Shown piece after piece: positions 24,074 through 37,973 of a stretch of DNA of 64,000 bases. A model generated the notes under the pieces. It did not search any database. It had not been told where the DNA came from and was given only the letters and a program-made list of their open reading frames with translations. Source of the stretch: Schmidtea nova (Eukaryota); the NCBI GenBank assembly GCA_044892505.1, contig CM097883.1, positions 358,298,001 through 358,362,000 of the forward strand, in the 5' to 3' direction. Within the stretch, counting starts at the first letter, position 1. Every line of letters begins with the position of its first letter. The position numbers were made by a program, and so were the translations under genes.

Positions 24074-24285
24074 TCAATTTTGTTTATAAACCGTGACTCC
24101 ATTTTCGTTAAATATATCCGTTCGGATACGTAAATCATCAGGACATTGTTGAGTAAAATCAAAGAATAAATATCCATGAGGAACTTTAGTAGCATCTTGA
24201 AATGAATTAATTAAGAATTTCCTATCATTAGGGTAAGCTTGTCTTGCTAGAAAATCAATAATTGTAGCATCTCTTAATGTTAATT
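24074..24285 (-). pseudogene. C-terminal remnant of the Polinton packaging ATPase
   Basis: RD..II.FLARQAYP....FL..SF.DAT..PHGYLF.DF.Q..PDDLR.RT.IF. Walker A/B are absent because the element is truncated here. Confidence 0.8.
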
Positions 24286-25342
24286 TGACTTCTACCACGC
24301 GTAACAAACGAATGAGTTTATACTCAATGATGACTAAATTCAAACAATTAGAAAAAAATTCAAAAATATGAAATATTTTCAAATCTATTCCAAATATACT
24401 CAGCAAATATCCAATCCTACAAAATGAATAAAATATACTAAAGCCATCTCTTATTTAATAATTTCTTATTGTGATTGTTTGTACGTATTTAGTACAAATA
24501 GTTTTTGATTCTTGAAATTGAAAATGACAATTTGAAAGGAAAAAAATATCTGAAAAATGAATATTTATTGCCGATCGACCTAAAATCATTACGCGATCGA
24601 CGTTATTGACACCTCTGATATATACTATTATTAATAACATATTTGGGAGTAAAAATCGCAAAAAGTGACATGCTATAATTATTTGAAAAATCTAGTTTTT
24701 AAATAATTTCAAAATGTGCAATCAATTTAGCCATCAAAGTATGACTTTGGCCCTTAATAATTTATAAGGAAAAGTAAATGTAAAAGTTATTGGTCGGTAC
24801 CTTTCACGTCCTGAAATGGTTGATGGTTACCTGGTATTAATGTTACCATGCAAACTAGAAGTCAAACTTGCTAATAGCTATTTTTAGCTATTCTTATGGA
24901 TGCTGTTGGCACAATATTCACAATGTACATTCTCATAATTAACATTAGTATCTCTTATTTTCCCCTTTGATCTTTTCGTTTCTATTTCAGAAATTTTCAA
25001 TTTTTTATAAAGACTAGATCATTTTTTAAAAGTGTACTTTAAAAATATGAAAGTTTCTTCTAATAAAATGTATAGATGGTGATTAATCAAGAGAAATGGA
25101 AGATAACAATTTAATGAAGGTTGTCAACGATTTAGAAGTCTTAAGAAGGTTGTTGCAACTCTTTATTAAAACAAAATATACTGAAAAAGGAATTCCAGAA
25201 TCTAGCACTTATTTACATTTCAACCGCCTCACGTAGACAGGTAACATTAGGGGCACTTATTTATAAGAGTAACCGTTTTAAGTGAATATCAGCAAAGCCT
25301 AATTCTCGCAACAGCCTAAATAAAAAAGAAATAAAAACTTAC

Positions 25343-25599
25343 ATTCGGAAGAAATTCCATAAAGATGTAAACATGCTCCAATGTTTTAATTGCTCCAAAG
25401 TACTGAACAATCCTCGGGTGATTCAAGGAATGCATAAAATTATCTATATTTCCCTCGATGTATTTCGCATTCGTTAATTTGATATTTATTCTTTTGACAG
25501 CAAATTCCTTGTCAATTCCCGAACCCTTACACCTGAAGACCTCTCCAAATGCGCCATTGCCGATTTCAGTCCCGATATTGAATGTTTTCAATTTGAGGG
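25343..25599 (-). CDS. Host exon: Ser/Thr kinase N-lobe (MAP3K/STE11-like, subdomains I-V)
   Basis: IGNGAFGEVF, FAVKRI, SLNHPRIVQYFG, YIFMEFLPN; flanked by ttttag| and |gtaagt. Confidence 0.8.
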
Positions 25600-25944
25600 C
25601 TAAAACAATAAAATATTTATAACTACATAAAAATTAATCTTTATATTCATTTGGCAGTAGGCAGGGACTTAGTATTTTTATTTGTTACTTATTATTGTAA
25701 ATAGTATATGCACTCATCTCTCTATTTATGCAGCACCCGTCTTGTGTCGTTTCACTTTTACACAGCCAAGAAAGAAATACTCCAAATTGAACAAAATCTA
25801 TTCAATAATTTAATTAAGCATTTTATTCTTCTTTGGTAGCAATAATATTTTACCCCTAGGAGGTCTACGAGAATTTTAAAAAAACAGAAAAAAAGGAAAC
25901 AATTTCTTTGTATATGAATATTGTAATTCTGTAGCGTCCCCGGA

Positions 25945-26160
25945 GAGATGAAGGCATATCACCACCAGAAATGTGAAGGCATATCGCCATCAGAAAGGTT
26001 AAGGCATATCGCCCAAGAAAGGTGAAAGTATATCAGCCCCAGAAAGGTAAATGTATATCGCCCCAGAGAGGTGAAGGCATATCGCCCCCAGAAAAGTGAA
26101 GGCATATCACTCCCTTAAAGGTGAAGGCATATTGCCACCCGAAAGGTGAAAGTATATCAC
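25945..26160. repeat. ~24-25 bp minisatellite (gtgaaggcatatcgcccccagaaa)
   Basis: About nine degenerate head-to-tail copies with no unique spacers. Confidence 0.85.
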
Positions 26161-27032
26161 ATCTTGCATAGTCCTATGTAATAAATGCACCTACCACCCG
26201 TGCAATTAAAAGAAAAGAGATTACTGCTAGAAGAAGTGTCGCTCTCGGATCTAAATGTGCCTCACGTGTAATATATTATATTATGCAAAAGAAGGAAAGG
26301 CCTTTATGAAATGGATTGGAGATCATACCCCTAATGGTTACCTATTGATAGTACCGCAAATAAAGAAAAATTTAAAATAATCTACGTCTACATAATTTAA
26401 TGTAAAAACTCATCATTTTACAACGAACGAAAAAATTTAAAAGAAATACGAGTGGCATGACTTAAAGGTTAAAGGTGAGCTAGCTTCTGCTGACCATCGG
26501 TCCTCATATCTTTGAAAGCATTTGCGGGCAGTATGAATAAATTGAGAAGGATTTAACCAAAAATAAAGCCCAAACATTAGTAACAGGTAATTAAATATTA
26601 ATTGATCCAGCAGAAGCGACTGCCGGGTACAAATACGATGACAATGGCCATGTCAAGACAACCCGAAAGAAAAGAAATAGTTTCATCAGAATACAGCGGC
26701 AAGAAGTATAAGAATAATTAAATGACTTGCATGTTCTGAATATGAACGTCCGTACTTATATAAATGTTATTTTAATAATAATGTATACTTTCACTGCTGT
26801 AGACATCATTTTCTTTTTTCTGCTCATTCCTTGTACTCGGTTTACGCGATCTTTTGGAACCTATCTACCTATTTCATCAACTTTTAGTCTTGATTTATGT
26901 GGAGTTTTATTTACTGGCACCTATTTTCTACTTTCGTATGCGCTCTTTACCTCTCTATTTATGGGATATTGCCTGGAACATGTCTACCGCGTAAACAGAG
27001 GGATGAGTATATAAATATAAATAAATAAATAT

Positions 27033-27277
27033 ATTATTATTATCAATAATTCTCATAATGACTATAGATCAAAATGTTTTTTTTATAAACAATAACACAA
27101 TATTTCGGCACAGCCTTTATCAAGTGTGTATTTCACACTTGATAAATACACACTTGATAAAGGCTGTGTCGAAATATTGTGTTATTGTTTATAAAAAAAA
27201 ATTTTGATCCATAGTCATTATGAGAATTATTGATAATAATAATAAAAAAAGATCAAAGGTGAAAAAAGATAATTATG

Positions 27278-27282
<5 letters not shown>
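27033..27282. mobile_element. Non-coding palindromic PLE derivative: two inverted terminal repeats, each with a hammerhead motif (27091-27132 minus, 27145-27186 plus)
   Basis: The arms match the PLE 3' repeat at 12355-12470; a (TA)n tract follows. Confidence 0.85.
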
Positions 27283-27336
<54 letters not shown>

Positions 27337-27841
27337 AACTGCTGTATTTCTATTTTTAATGGTCTTTCGTGTAGGTCATGGTTGTTTAAACTAGGCTCGC
27401 GGGAATTTTATTTTGGCCCAAATAATCCTTTATCTTATCAATAAATTTTATTAAATTAATTACAAAATTTTAAAAATTAGAAAAATGGAAATGCTAGTAA
27501 TATTTGATTCCACTAATATATTTGCGAACAAACCTTTTCAATCATGAATAACAACAAGAGTTTTGGACGTTCGAGACTTTCAAATGAAGACTTGGAAGTA
27601 ATTTTAAGAGGAGCTACAAGTATTTCGAAGCCTGATTTAAAAGGTTTCTTAGAAACTAACCAACAGTTTCATTGTTCTCATTGAATAAATTTTAACTTAA
27701 TAATTTCGTTTTTTAGTTGTTAAACGTCTATTAAACATGAAAAATGAAAAATGATATTTATTTAATACAGTGCAAAAAATTACAAAAATTACCTGAAAGC
27801 CATTTTAAAATGGCTAATTCCAACAAGTTTTAAAAAATGAC

Positions 27842-29202
27842 TACACCGTGTTTCACTGGATATGGCGACCTATAATGCAGGTGAGTGATATACATCACGA
27901 GTTATTATTACTCATTTTTTAAAACTTGTTGGAATTAGCCATTTTAAAATGGCTTTCAGGTAATTTTTGTATTTAGGATAACTTTTAAGTGTTTTATTTT
28001 GATCTCATAATGATATGAGATCACTATAAAAGCTTTAAAAGGTTATCTTTATTCATCAATTTTATTTTTATTTAATTTTTAAATAATTAGTAGAAAATGT
28101 TTATGATATTATGGAATTATTAACATCAAAGGTAAGTAAAAATTCAATTCTAACTAATATTTATTTGATAAATACATTAATCTCCAAATATTTCAATTTT
28201 TCGAAAACATTTAGAAAAAAATCGGCGAACATGTAAGGAAAAGTTTTCCAAATCTTTATATTCATCTTTATTTAATTCGTCTTCAAGAGTAGTTTTCACC
28301 AAACAAAATCTGTCTTGGAAAGACATAGTGGAGAAGCCATTTGATCTTGATATTGTCTTCCTTAAACTGCATTTGATTTTGCTAAATAAACTTTTGATTG
28401 GGTTGAGGAAAGGGCTATATGGTGGCCAAGTAAGCTTCCCAAATGGAAGTAATCTTGTTTATTTTCCTTTGTGTTTATGATTCTGGCTTTGTCGATATCT
28501 GAAATCCTATAAAAATCAAATAACTTTTTAAAAATTTATTATTTCATCTTACGATTTTCGAACATTTTTTCGCATATCGAATGAAATGCAGTTGTACGGT
28601 GTCCCTGGAATATCTGAAAGGCTAAGACCATAATAAATATTTTAATAAATAAAAAGGTGGTACCATTTTCCTAATTCATCTTCACAAAATGCCATTTTTT
28701 CCAGTGAACTTTCTAAAATTCTGGGAAAGTATAAAAATTTTATAACAATTTACATTACTTACGATGATATTTCATCTTTTTCACGAAATGGTATTGTTTC
28801 CAGTGAATTGTCTGAAAACTGGGAAAATATAAATTTTTCAATACTTAAATTATAACACTTACGATGATATTTCATCATTTTCGCGGAAACTCAATGTAGA
28901 TTCATCAGATCCAATTATCGAAATTTTATTTTCCATTTTAATTTTCAATTTTTCTGTTGATAAAAATTATATATGGTAGCCATATTGAATAAAACAAAAC
29001 ACACCCATGAAAGTTACCATCTGTTTTTTTCTATGTTTTGTGTTTGTGTGTAATTATTTTTTTTTCTTACTCTTTGTCTACGACATAATATATCGCCATT
29101 TTCAGTAAAACAGCAATGAATTAGGTACAGGTAGGTGTGTATTTTTCTATAATATAAGCTATTTGATTATTATAGGTCGCCATATCCAGTGAAACCTGGT
29201 GT
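27842..29202 (-). mobile_element. Non-autonomous IS630/Tc1-like element with ~35-bp TIRs; diverged partial second copy ~29317-30040
   Basis: TIRs TACACCGTGTTTCACTGGATATGGCGACCTATAAT / reverse complement at 29168-29202. Transposase remnant LPPYSPFLNPI..LFSKIK on the minus strand at ~28260-28480. Confidence 0.7.
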
Positions 29203-30051
29203 AATAATAACCCGTGACGTTCTCACTCACTACACTACCTACAAATTATTCTTGCGAATTGTCAAAGAATTTTCACTCTTCATTTACAAATAAATGTATG
29301 CAGTTTTTAAAATTTGATGCCGTGTTTCATTCAGTAGCATCATCTATAATGCACGTGATTGTGACACATCCTAGGTAAAGCTAATCATTTTAAAAAATAT
29401 TTTGTATTAGCCATTTTCAAATGACTTTCAGGTAATTTATTCTTTTACGATAACTTTTAAGTCATTTATTTTGATCTCATAATGATAATAGATTATCTAT
29501 GCTCTACGATTTTATTTTTAATCACTTTGTTGGAAATTATGACTTTTAAAGAAAATTTTTGGATTTATTTACAATCAAAGTAAGTTAAAATCATTTTACA
29601 TTAAAATTTATTTATAAAACAATAATGTTCGAGACTTACAACCTCCTTATCTGCATCTTGATAGATGACCATATTATTTATATTTTAAAATCATATTTCT
29701 GATCAAATATTTTGGTATTCAAAGTGAAATTCACAAATAAAACTAGTCGTGGCGGTTTTCAATGGCATTTACTAACCTGCTTTATGGATATCTGAAATCC
29801 TAATCACAATCTAATAATTTTTTTAAAATATATTATTTAAACTTTCGATTTTCGAACATTTTTTCGGGTATCGAATGCATGTATAATTGGTAGACGAACA
29901 TAGAATATCTGAAAAGCTAAGAAAATGGTAAATATTTATAATTAAAAATAATTCATCCCATATTAAATGCATATCTTTTGCAAACGTAATAGTTTTTAGC
30001 GAAACATTTTCGAAAATTCTTTGAAAATATAAATTTATTATAACTTACAAT

Positions 30052-30200
30052 TGTTGGGTATTTATCAATCAGTCGGTGCTGTTTGCCTGACTCCTTGGTG
30101 TTTTTATAGGATTGATTCAACGCCATATATCATCTACTATATGAGAAGTCTGAAACACTTGTAATTTCATTACAAGAGAATATAGTACAATACTAACTGA
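30052..30200 (-). repeat. U5-end fragment of the long-LTR family
   Basis: TGTTGGG followed ~30 nt later by ctgactcc.gtg, as at 45725 and 45955; the upper boundary is uncertain. Confidence 0.4.
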
Positions 30201-30862
30201 GGCTTGCAACTCATTCTAGTACCTGGACTTAATAGTGGAAGATGTACAATTGTGGTTCAGAAGTACGGACACCCTGCGTTCATTGGTTGTAATGCTGATT
30301 GAAGGGGGCTTCAGCAAGACCTTTGCATCTGCTTCGACTATATGTTCATGTTCTTATAGGTATTTTGGCCAAAAGGTGAAGCACATAAATCCTATAGTGA
30401 TTGGGGAGTCAATAACTTGAAATTTCTAGATTGATTTTGCTAAGAGTTGTTTACAAACTGATTAAATTGATAGGGAGTCACTAAATAATCTCACATGATT
30501 ATTTCTTGTGTATTACTCTAAGAAGGTAATGTGGGTTAGCCGGGTGTTTACATCCGATGGAAACTCAGGGCTGAATATTGCGAAATCTCGCCTATCTCTG
30601 TATGAGGAATTATATGTGTTATTCCTCTTCGGATGGAGCCGGTACATGAAGGAAACATGGTGTAAATTGAGTGTGTGTATTGTATTTTAGTAAGAGTTTT
30701 TTGCTGTGAAAACTTTGCTGCTCTCAGAATTCGTGTGTGCATCCAATGAAAATGAATTGGCTTCGAGAGTTGCTTTTGTGTTTTTAGAATTGTAGTCAGA
30801 TTTTGATTTGATCAAATTTGTGAAAAAGTTGTATTTCTTTCATTTTGAATGTTTTTCCAAAG

Positions 30863-31381
30863 ATGAGAGAATGCATTAATATTGATATTGGTCAAGCTAG
30901 CGTGCAAATGAAAAATGCTTGTTAGAAGTTGTACTGTCATAAGCGCGGTATTCAACAAGACCAACAAAAGTTCAATGAAAGTCTCAAGCACGTAAATGAA
31001 AATTGTTCCTGCACATTTTTAAGTGAAACTGGAAATGCAAATATGTTAATTTTATTGATAAAATGTGCAATAGTTCTTCTAGAGAACTATTTCACCTGGA
31101 ACAAATCTGGAACAACGCTGCTAATAGTTACACTAGAGGTCATTATTATTTAGTAAAGAACTTGGTCGATCAAATATTAAATCGAATTAAAAAAGGTTTT
31201 GGATAATCATATGGGTTTCATTCATTTGAAGGGGGAATCGGTTCTGGATTAACGTCTTTTTGTGTAGACCTAGGAAATAAATCCAAATTTAGAATTTATC
31301 CCGCGCCAAAGATTCCAACTACCCTTGTGGAACCTTATAATTCAATTCTAACAACTCTAGAACATAGAGATGCTGCATTTC
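30863..31381 (+). pseudogene. TUBA: Degenerate alpha-tubulin N-terminal fragment
   Basis: MRECINIDIGQASVQMKNAC*KLYC..., [34 protein letters not shown].....[10 protein letters not shown]; stops, frameshifts and deletions. Confidence 0.85.
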
Positions 31382-33696
31382 AGAAGTTCTTTCATTTTTT
31401 TCGTCAGGTCGAACTCCGAGTATCGCACTAGACTCTGGAGATGGTCTTTTATTTACTGTTTTAATATATAATTATGCTATGGTTTGCATCATGCCATTTG
31501 ACGAACAGTCAGAGATATCAGAAGAGAAGATTTACGTTTTACCACCTCACCAGAAAAAATTACACTTCAAAAGCATTTTTAAATTTTAATTATCAAACTA
31601 TATAATTACGCTATACGAACACTGTACGTCTCGGGACATATTATTTGTTTGGTTTCTTAAATTAAGAATTTCCATTATTTCTACAAACTATATTTTTAAA
31701 CACAACACAAATTTCTGATATTATTTAAACAATTTCTTTTTTATCTTTGAGGATATTTTTGCAAGCATGAGTTAATAATTGAATAGGAAATATTCATACA
31801 CAAGCATTCAATAAATATAAAATATTTTCAATTTTTATATTTAATTTATTAAGCTAATTTATAATTTTATTATAGTATTTAAATCCATTGAAAATTGAAA
31901 ATTAAATACTATTTATATTTAATTATTCTCACGGTACCTTTTTATTATATAATTTTTAAGATAATTTATTTAATTTATTCTAAAAATGCGACCGTCATTT
32001 GATAAGTTTTATAGCTAATTGTGTCAGTAAGTCACAAATTTATACGGGTTACATCTAGTATTTATAAAATTAAAAATTTCTTTCGATAAATTCCAATCTG
32101 AAACCCATTTAATATAAAATTAACCCATGATACACTATGGTTGATAAATTTATTGAAAGACTTACATTTGGGACACAGCTTATGATCACAGATAAATTGA
32201 CATTTCAGCCCCATCATTGAAATCTAAATGAAAAACATTCAAAAGTAAATATAAGCAAAGCTATAGAAATACGAAAACAAATTTGAATAGTTCATTATTT
32301 ATTATTTAAATGAAAAGAATTTGAAATCGACCTTGTAATCCAGTTTAATTGGTTCCATCTAACTTACATGGATCCTGACCATTCTAATATTACAGCTATA
32401 CTACTCTTTTATACTACTACTTTTTTAAAATTGGATTGGTGGAATTTAAAATATACCAATTAATTCTCTGACCCCAAGCGTGCTTTCTTTTCATCCACAA
32501 AATAACAATTTTCAGACAATATAAACCTTCATTGATTTTCACAGTTGACTACACAAAAAATAATTATACAGCGTTTCTTACAGCATTTCGCGAGGGATAG
32601 CAATAATGTATAATACATAAATTTTAACAATCACTGACCACTGAGTTGATTTCAACACATGGCAAATTTCTTTCGGTTGTTTTCTTGCTCTAACTTGGTA
32701 ATTTATTCAATAGACTTCGACTCTTCTTATTCGATTAATTTTTGTTTTGCTACTTTCAATTTAATCTTTTCAAATTCACGTTTTCAAATAATATGATTCT
32801 AATTGACTCATGAAGTTTCTTTTTCAATCTCCTCTACTTCAATTTCAATTTCTTCAATCTAATTTCCTCTTTTTCAACTATTAAGTTCTCTAATTCTAAT
32901 TTTTCTAATTCTTCTTAGTTCTAAATCCTAATTTTTAATTTCTCTAATTTGAATTTCTTCAAAACTGAACTCTAATTCATCTACTGTGGCTTCTCCCATT
33001 CATACTCGTAATTTTCTGATACTTGATATTATTTTTGTTTTTCCAATTTCTTTTGCCTCTGTCTATCGTACTTCACCCTTTTCGGATAGCTCCAGTCATC
33101 TCTGACAGCTGTCAGGATATGCCATTTTCATTTTGTTCCACTTTTTCTCCCGCACTGTTTAAATCTCTGACAATCTGTCGAGATATGAATTTTCTTCTAC
33201 TTTTTTCCAATTTTGGAATTCCTTTTTCCTTTTTATACTTATTAATTATCAATGACCTTTTCTTGCTTTATTGGTCGAATTTCTTTTATTTTGCTAATAA
33301 TTTATCATTTTTCAATTATTTACCAGTCCTTCTTTTTCTCCAAGTTCCAGAACATTGTCTCGTTTACTCTGTCAATTTCCCGCCAATTATTTTATTTATT
33401 TATGATATTATTTAATTTTATTATTTAGATGTCCTCAAAAAAATATACAGGATAACAAAAATGTGTACATTTTGAGTTCGATTTCTAAGAAAAATTGTCT
33501 TTTACATCGCACACGTGAGAGCTAAAAATTCTCGAAACTATTCTACCAATAGAAATTACACAGAATATCACAACACATTTACTGCAACTAAGTTAGTCAT
33601 CCAAAAACCATTTAATTTCACTCAATTTCTGGTTATTAATATTTTTAATAGCAATCATTTTTTAGAAAATTGTAAAATAATTTAGCAAAAACTCAC

Positions 33697-34055
33697 TTGT
33701 CGTTCTAATTTTTCTGTGTTCAGAATTTCAATGAGCTTTTTATTGTTATTCTTTTCAGCAATATCAAGTGGAGATAAATTAGACTAGACCGCAATTAATT
33801 AAATAGTTCTGTGCATAAAGCTTACGTTGTCTTTCGCCATAATATTGCAATTCTTTTTGATTAGTAACTTAACTATTTCTCTGTTGCCGTTTTCACAAGC
33901 CCAATGAATCGGTCGTTTGTTCTCCTAAGCATTTTTCTTTATTTTCAACATGCAAATAAAGAGCTTACTTGGTCACAATACTCAATGTCGGCATTAGTTA
34001 GTAGTGAACTAAAATTTTCAACGAGTCCATTTTTACAAGCAAGCAATAATTTTCT
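33697..34055 (-). CDS. Host ankyrin-repeat exons (33969-34055, 33826-33924, 33697-33783)
   Basis: RKLLLACKNG..., ENKRPIHWACENGNREIVKLLI..., SNLSPLDIAEKNNNKKLIEIL; phase-0 GT-AG introns of 44 and 42 nt. Confidence 0.85.
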
Positions 34056-35227
34056 CTGAATCATAAATAAAATTTTTAAATATTTTAGAATGAATAGTGG
34101 ACAAATGATGAGATTAGGTATCCAGGGATATTTTAGAAATAAATCATACTGAACATCAAGAAATCGTCACTGGATGAAAAAAAAAATCTTGATAATTTAA
34201 TAATTATATTTAGTTTATTATAAAATCCGCATTGGAGTAATCAGAATCATTTTAAGATCAAAATATTTCATCTATTAAACATCGCAGAGAAAAGGCTTAA
34301 CACTGTTACCTTATTGTTACATATTAATAAACCTTGTTAACGACAAAACAATTTACTTTATATTTATTTTAATTAAATAAAATTAAAATCTTTTTTTCGC
34401 TTTATTTTAATTTTTTTAATAAGCTATTTCAACAAAAAATTTTTCTTGTTCAACTCAAATTTTTGACTCTGTACTTTTGCTCTTTTTAGGTGTTATTACC
34501 AAAGGCAGTATCGAATATTTGTGTAAAATTCGAGAAATACAATTTAATATATTTTCTGGGGAAAAATAAAAATAAAAAAACAAAGCTTTCATATCTGCAT
34601 TTGTTGCAAAACGACTTTTATACAAACAAAATTTAGGGCGAGAAGAATTTAATAACTTTCCAAATTTGGCAACAGAAGAAAATACAAAACAAAAATTGGT
34701 ATATTTATTGTTAGCACTTGGATGCTTCTATTCTGACTTCAATCAACAGTTTGAGGATATTTTCAAAATGAACGTACATGATAGTGATGTGTGTCCTTTT
34801 GACGACACAGAAGGATCTTCACATAGGCTAGACCTTTTAGAAGTTAAAACGAAGAGTTAAAATGCGCTCCCTTCTTTAGATCCTGGATTGTAAGCTGCTG
34901 TAAAAAAGTTATTAATTGTATATCCTTCCTCATATTTAGTGGGCTACGGGTTAAGACGATCACAAATCTATTAAGAATAAAAAGAAAACGTCTCCGAATA
35001 TCTAATCACGGTCATTAAGGATATTGCAAACAAATAAAGATTCGAACATTAAAAAATGTAAAGCAGTGCATCAGGTTCATCCTTTGCCTTAGTATTGTTT
35101 TGTATCTTATTTATAATATTTACTACCATATTATTAATTATTTTAACTGGAAGTTCATAATTCGGATGTTACTGTGGATGACTTGATTGGAAATTTTCAC
35201 AACTTCCAAATTCAGGATGTTTTATGT

Positions 35228-35259
<32 letters not shown>

Positions 35260-35261
<2 letters not shown>

Positions 35262-37973
35262 CATAATTATCTTTTTTTCACCTTTGATCTTTTTTTATTA
35301 TTATTATCAATAATTCTCATAATGACTATAGATCAAAATTTTTTTTATAAACAATAACACAATATTTCGGCACAGCCTTTATCAAGTGTGTATTTCTATC
35401 GTTATATTTACTTAATCCTAAATAGTAGCCTTAATTATTTTTTTAATATTTTATAATGATTTTATTGGATGAAAAAATTTATTTTAATTTTTTTTGTGCG
35501 AATTAAATGTTGTTGGACGGTTTGTATTTTTTTATGAAAAAAGTCTCGGAAGCTAATCTTTGTAATGAATTTTTGAATCCCTCTTGTAGAATCTGGCATT
35601 TTGTTTCTTCTATAGATGGAGTTGTTTTATGTACTTTTTCCCAGTGTTCGTAATAATTACTGTTTTTAATTTTAGTGTGTTCATTAAGTCGGGTGCGAAA
35701 AGTTCTATGTGTTTCTCCTATGTAAGTAGCGTCACATTTTTGGCAAGAAAGTTTATATACTATATTTTTGGAAAAGCAAAAGCATCGGGTTGTGGAACGG
35801 CAAAGACATTTATGTTTGGAGATGTTGGAAATTGGTGGCTTTCGGAGTTGTGATTTTAACGGTGCGGAGGTTATGAACGTTGGACGAATGTGGATAGGCA
35901 AATCTGTTTGATTAAAAATGTTGGTGATTTTGTTGGCTGTGGTGTCATTTAGGAAAGGTAATCTTAGATATGTTGTGTGTTTGTTATTGTTATTGTGTTT
36001 CTGGCGTTTTCTATTGTTGCGTTTATTGTTGTATGGTTCGTTAAGGAAGTGTTTCTTTACAAATTCTTCAGGGTATCCATTTTGGAGGAATCGTGTTTTG
36101 AAGTTTTCTAATGTTTCTTGTATTTTGTTTGCGTCTGAACAGTTTCTTATGGCTCTTTTTCTTTCTCCTATTAGTAATGCGATTTTGCGTTGAAGTGGAA
36201 CGTGGCTTTTCCATGGGAGGATATGACCACTATGTAAACTTTTAGAATATAGCTCGGTGTTTGCATTTAGTGTATCTTGGCCTTTTGTGAAACTTACTAT
36301 GGTATCTAAAAACGGTATTTTACCTTCTGTGTTCGGTGTTTCAAAAGTGAATTGTATGTTGGTGTTAGTAGAATTTGCGTGTGATAGGATTTGATTGAGA
36401 GGGATTGTGGAGACTATGAAGATGTCGTCGATGTATCGTTTCCAGAAAAGTATTTTTTCCCCAAAAAAAGATATGATCTTAGATTCTATAAAGTTCATGT
36501 AGAAGATGGCTAAGATGGGAGAAAGGTTATTACCCATGGCTAATCCATGAATTTGTTTGAATGGTTTTTCTTTAATTATGACAGTATCTGAATTTATTGC
36601 TAATTTTAGAAGTTCTATAAAGTCTTGTTTAGTTAAGTCTGCGAGGTCAGTATTGGCTTTATGAGTTTCAAAGAAAGAAGCTGCGATACCGAAAATGTTA
36701 TTCTCTCCGTGAAGAGGAATAGATCCGTAAAGATTGGAAACGTCAAGAGATCCCCAGAAGTACTGTTGTCCTGCGTTTAACGGAAGATACGTGTTTGTAA
36801 TTTCGGAGACGAATTCAGTTGTGTTTTTAAGATGAGAAGGAACCAAAGGCAAAAGTGTTTTTAGGATTTCTGAAAGAACTTTAGAAAGTGTTGTGGAAGG
36901 AGTGTCAACTGCAGATACAAGAGGTCTACCTTTTAAAGGACTTTTGTGATCTTTAGGTAACATAGTCATATTACTAGGTAAAGGCTCACTGCAGTTGCAT
37001 TTTAAAAGTAAATCTTTGATTTGAAGGTTGATTTGTTTATTGATTTGTTGGCAGTTTCTTATTGTATAAAATCTGAGTCGATGCAGGTAAGATTATTTTG
37101 TTTATCGGTTCATAGTTCGAGAGATGTTCTTCAAATAGAGTATTGTATTGTTCTGTGTCAAGAGCAATTAGTCGATTTGTTTTATCTGATGGGAGAATTG
37201 TGAAGTCTTTGGAATTCTTAATTTTCTTTATGTTTGAAGTGAAAGAATTTTGTGTTGAGCAATGTTTTTCAAGAAAGATAATTTGTTCTTTGACTAAAGT
37301 TTTGACTTTAGTTTCTAAAAAGCTGATTTTTTCTTCAAGTTCAGTCGAAAAGACAGGCATATTTGGATATGTTCTAGGATTTGGATCCAGAAGATGATTG
37401 TGCTTTTCAGCTAAACTTGAAGATTTGGTGGATGAAATTGGTTTTAGATGGTAACCTATTTGTCTTCTTAGGCTTATAAGAGAGGCGTTAGTGATGACTT
37501 CGGCTTTTTCTAAATCTTTCTGGTTAGGTGGAGGAACAAAAGATGGTCCTAGAGCGAGGATGTTTTCTTGTGTTTTTGAAAAAATGTGATTAGATTTGTT
37601 TGTAAATGGAAGAATTGAATTTGAGTGTGAGTTAGTGTCTTTAGTGTTGTTTGAATTTGTTGAAAGTAGCGTTTCTAATTTTTTATGCTTGCGAATGTCG
37701 AGATTTTTTGAGAAATTCTGGCAACAAGTATTATCTTCACAAGTAAGAGGAGCACAAGGAAAACTAGTCAATTCATTTAGCTTTTTGTAACAAGCTGAAA
37801 TGCTAAGCTTAAGCCATTCTTTTTCCTGTTTTTCCTTAAGCTTCAATGCTTGTATTTAGGATTAAGTAAATATAACGATAGAAATACACACTTGATAAAG
37901 GCTGTGCCGAAATATTGTGTTATTGTTTATAAAAAAATTTTGATCTATAGTCATTATGAGAATTATTGATAAT

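Larger units (their letters stand above)
12716..24290 (-). mobile_element. Polinton/Maverick (adintovirus-like) element, truncated, TIRs not visible
   Basis: Co-linear pPolB, adenain-like protease, major capsid, pentons, retroviral-type integrase and ATPase remnant. Confidence 0.95.

Noticed and set aside
24286-24406. N-terminal part of ORF 24074-24406 as ATPase
   Set aside because: No Walker motifs; it is unrelated sequence read through the truncation point.
25945-26160. CRISPR-like array (also considered for 17785-17996)
   Set aside because: Head-to-tail degenerate units without unique spacers, no cas genes, eukaryotic context.
31990-32050. Possible second Helitron 3' end (tacgggttacatctagt)
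   Set aside because: No clear hairpin, no 5' TC end and no coding remnant nearby.
32700-33415. Coiled-coil/gag-like minus-strand sequence and hydrophobic plus-strand ORF 33023-33415
   Set aside because: Too degenerate for a diagnostic motif; the plus ORF is the complement of purine-rich sequence.
2059-37790. Antisense ORFs over the PLEs (e.g. 2059-2553, 11559-11834, 35918-36193, 37143-37397)
   Set aside because: Shadow frames of the RT/EN coding strand; their recurrence only reflects copy identity.
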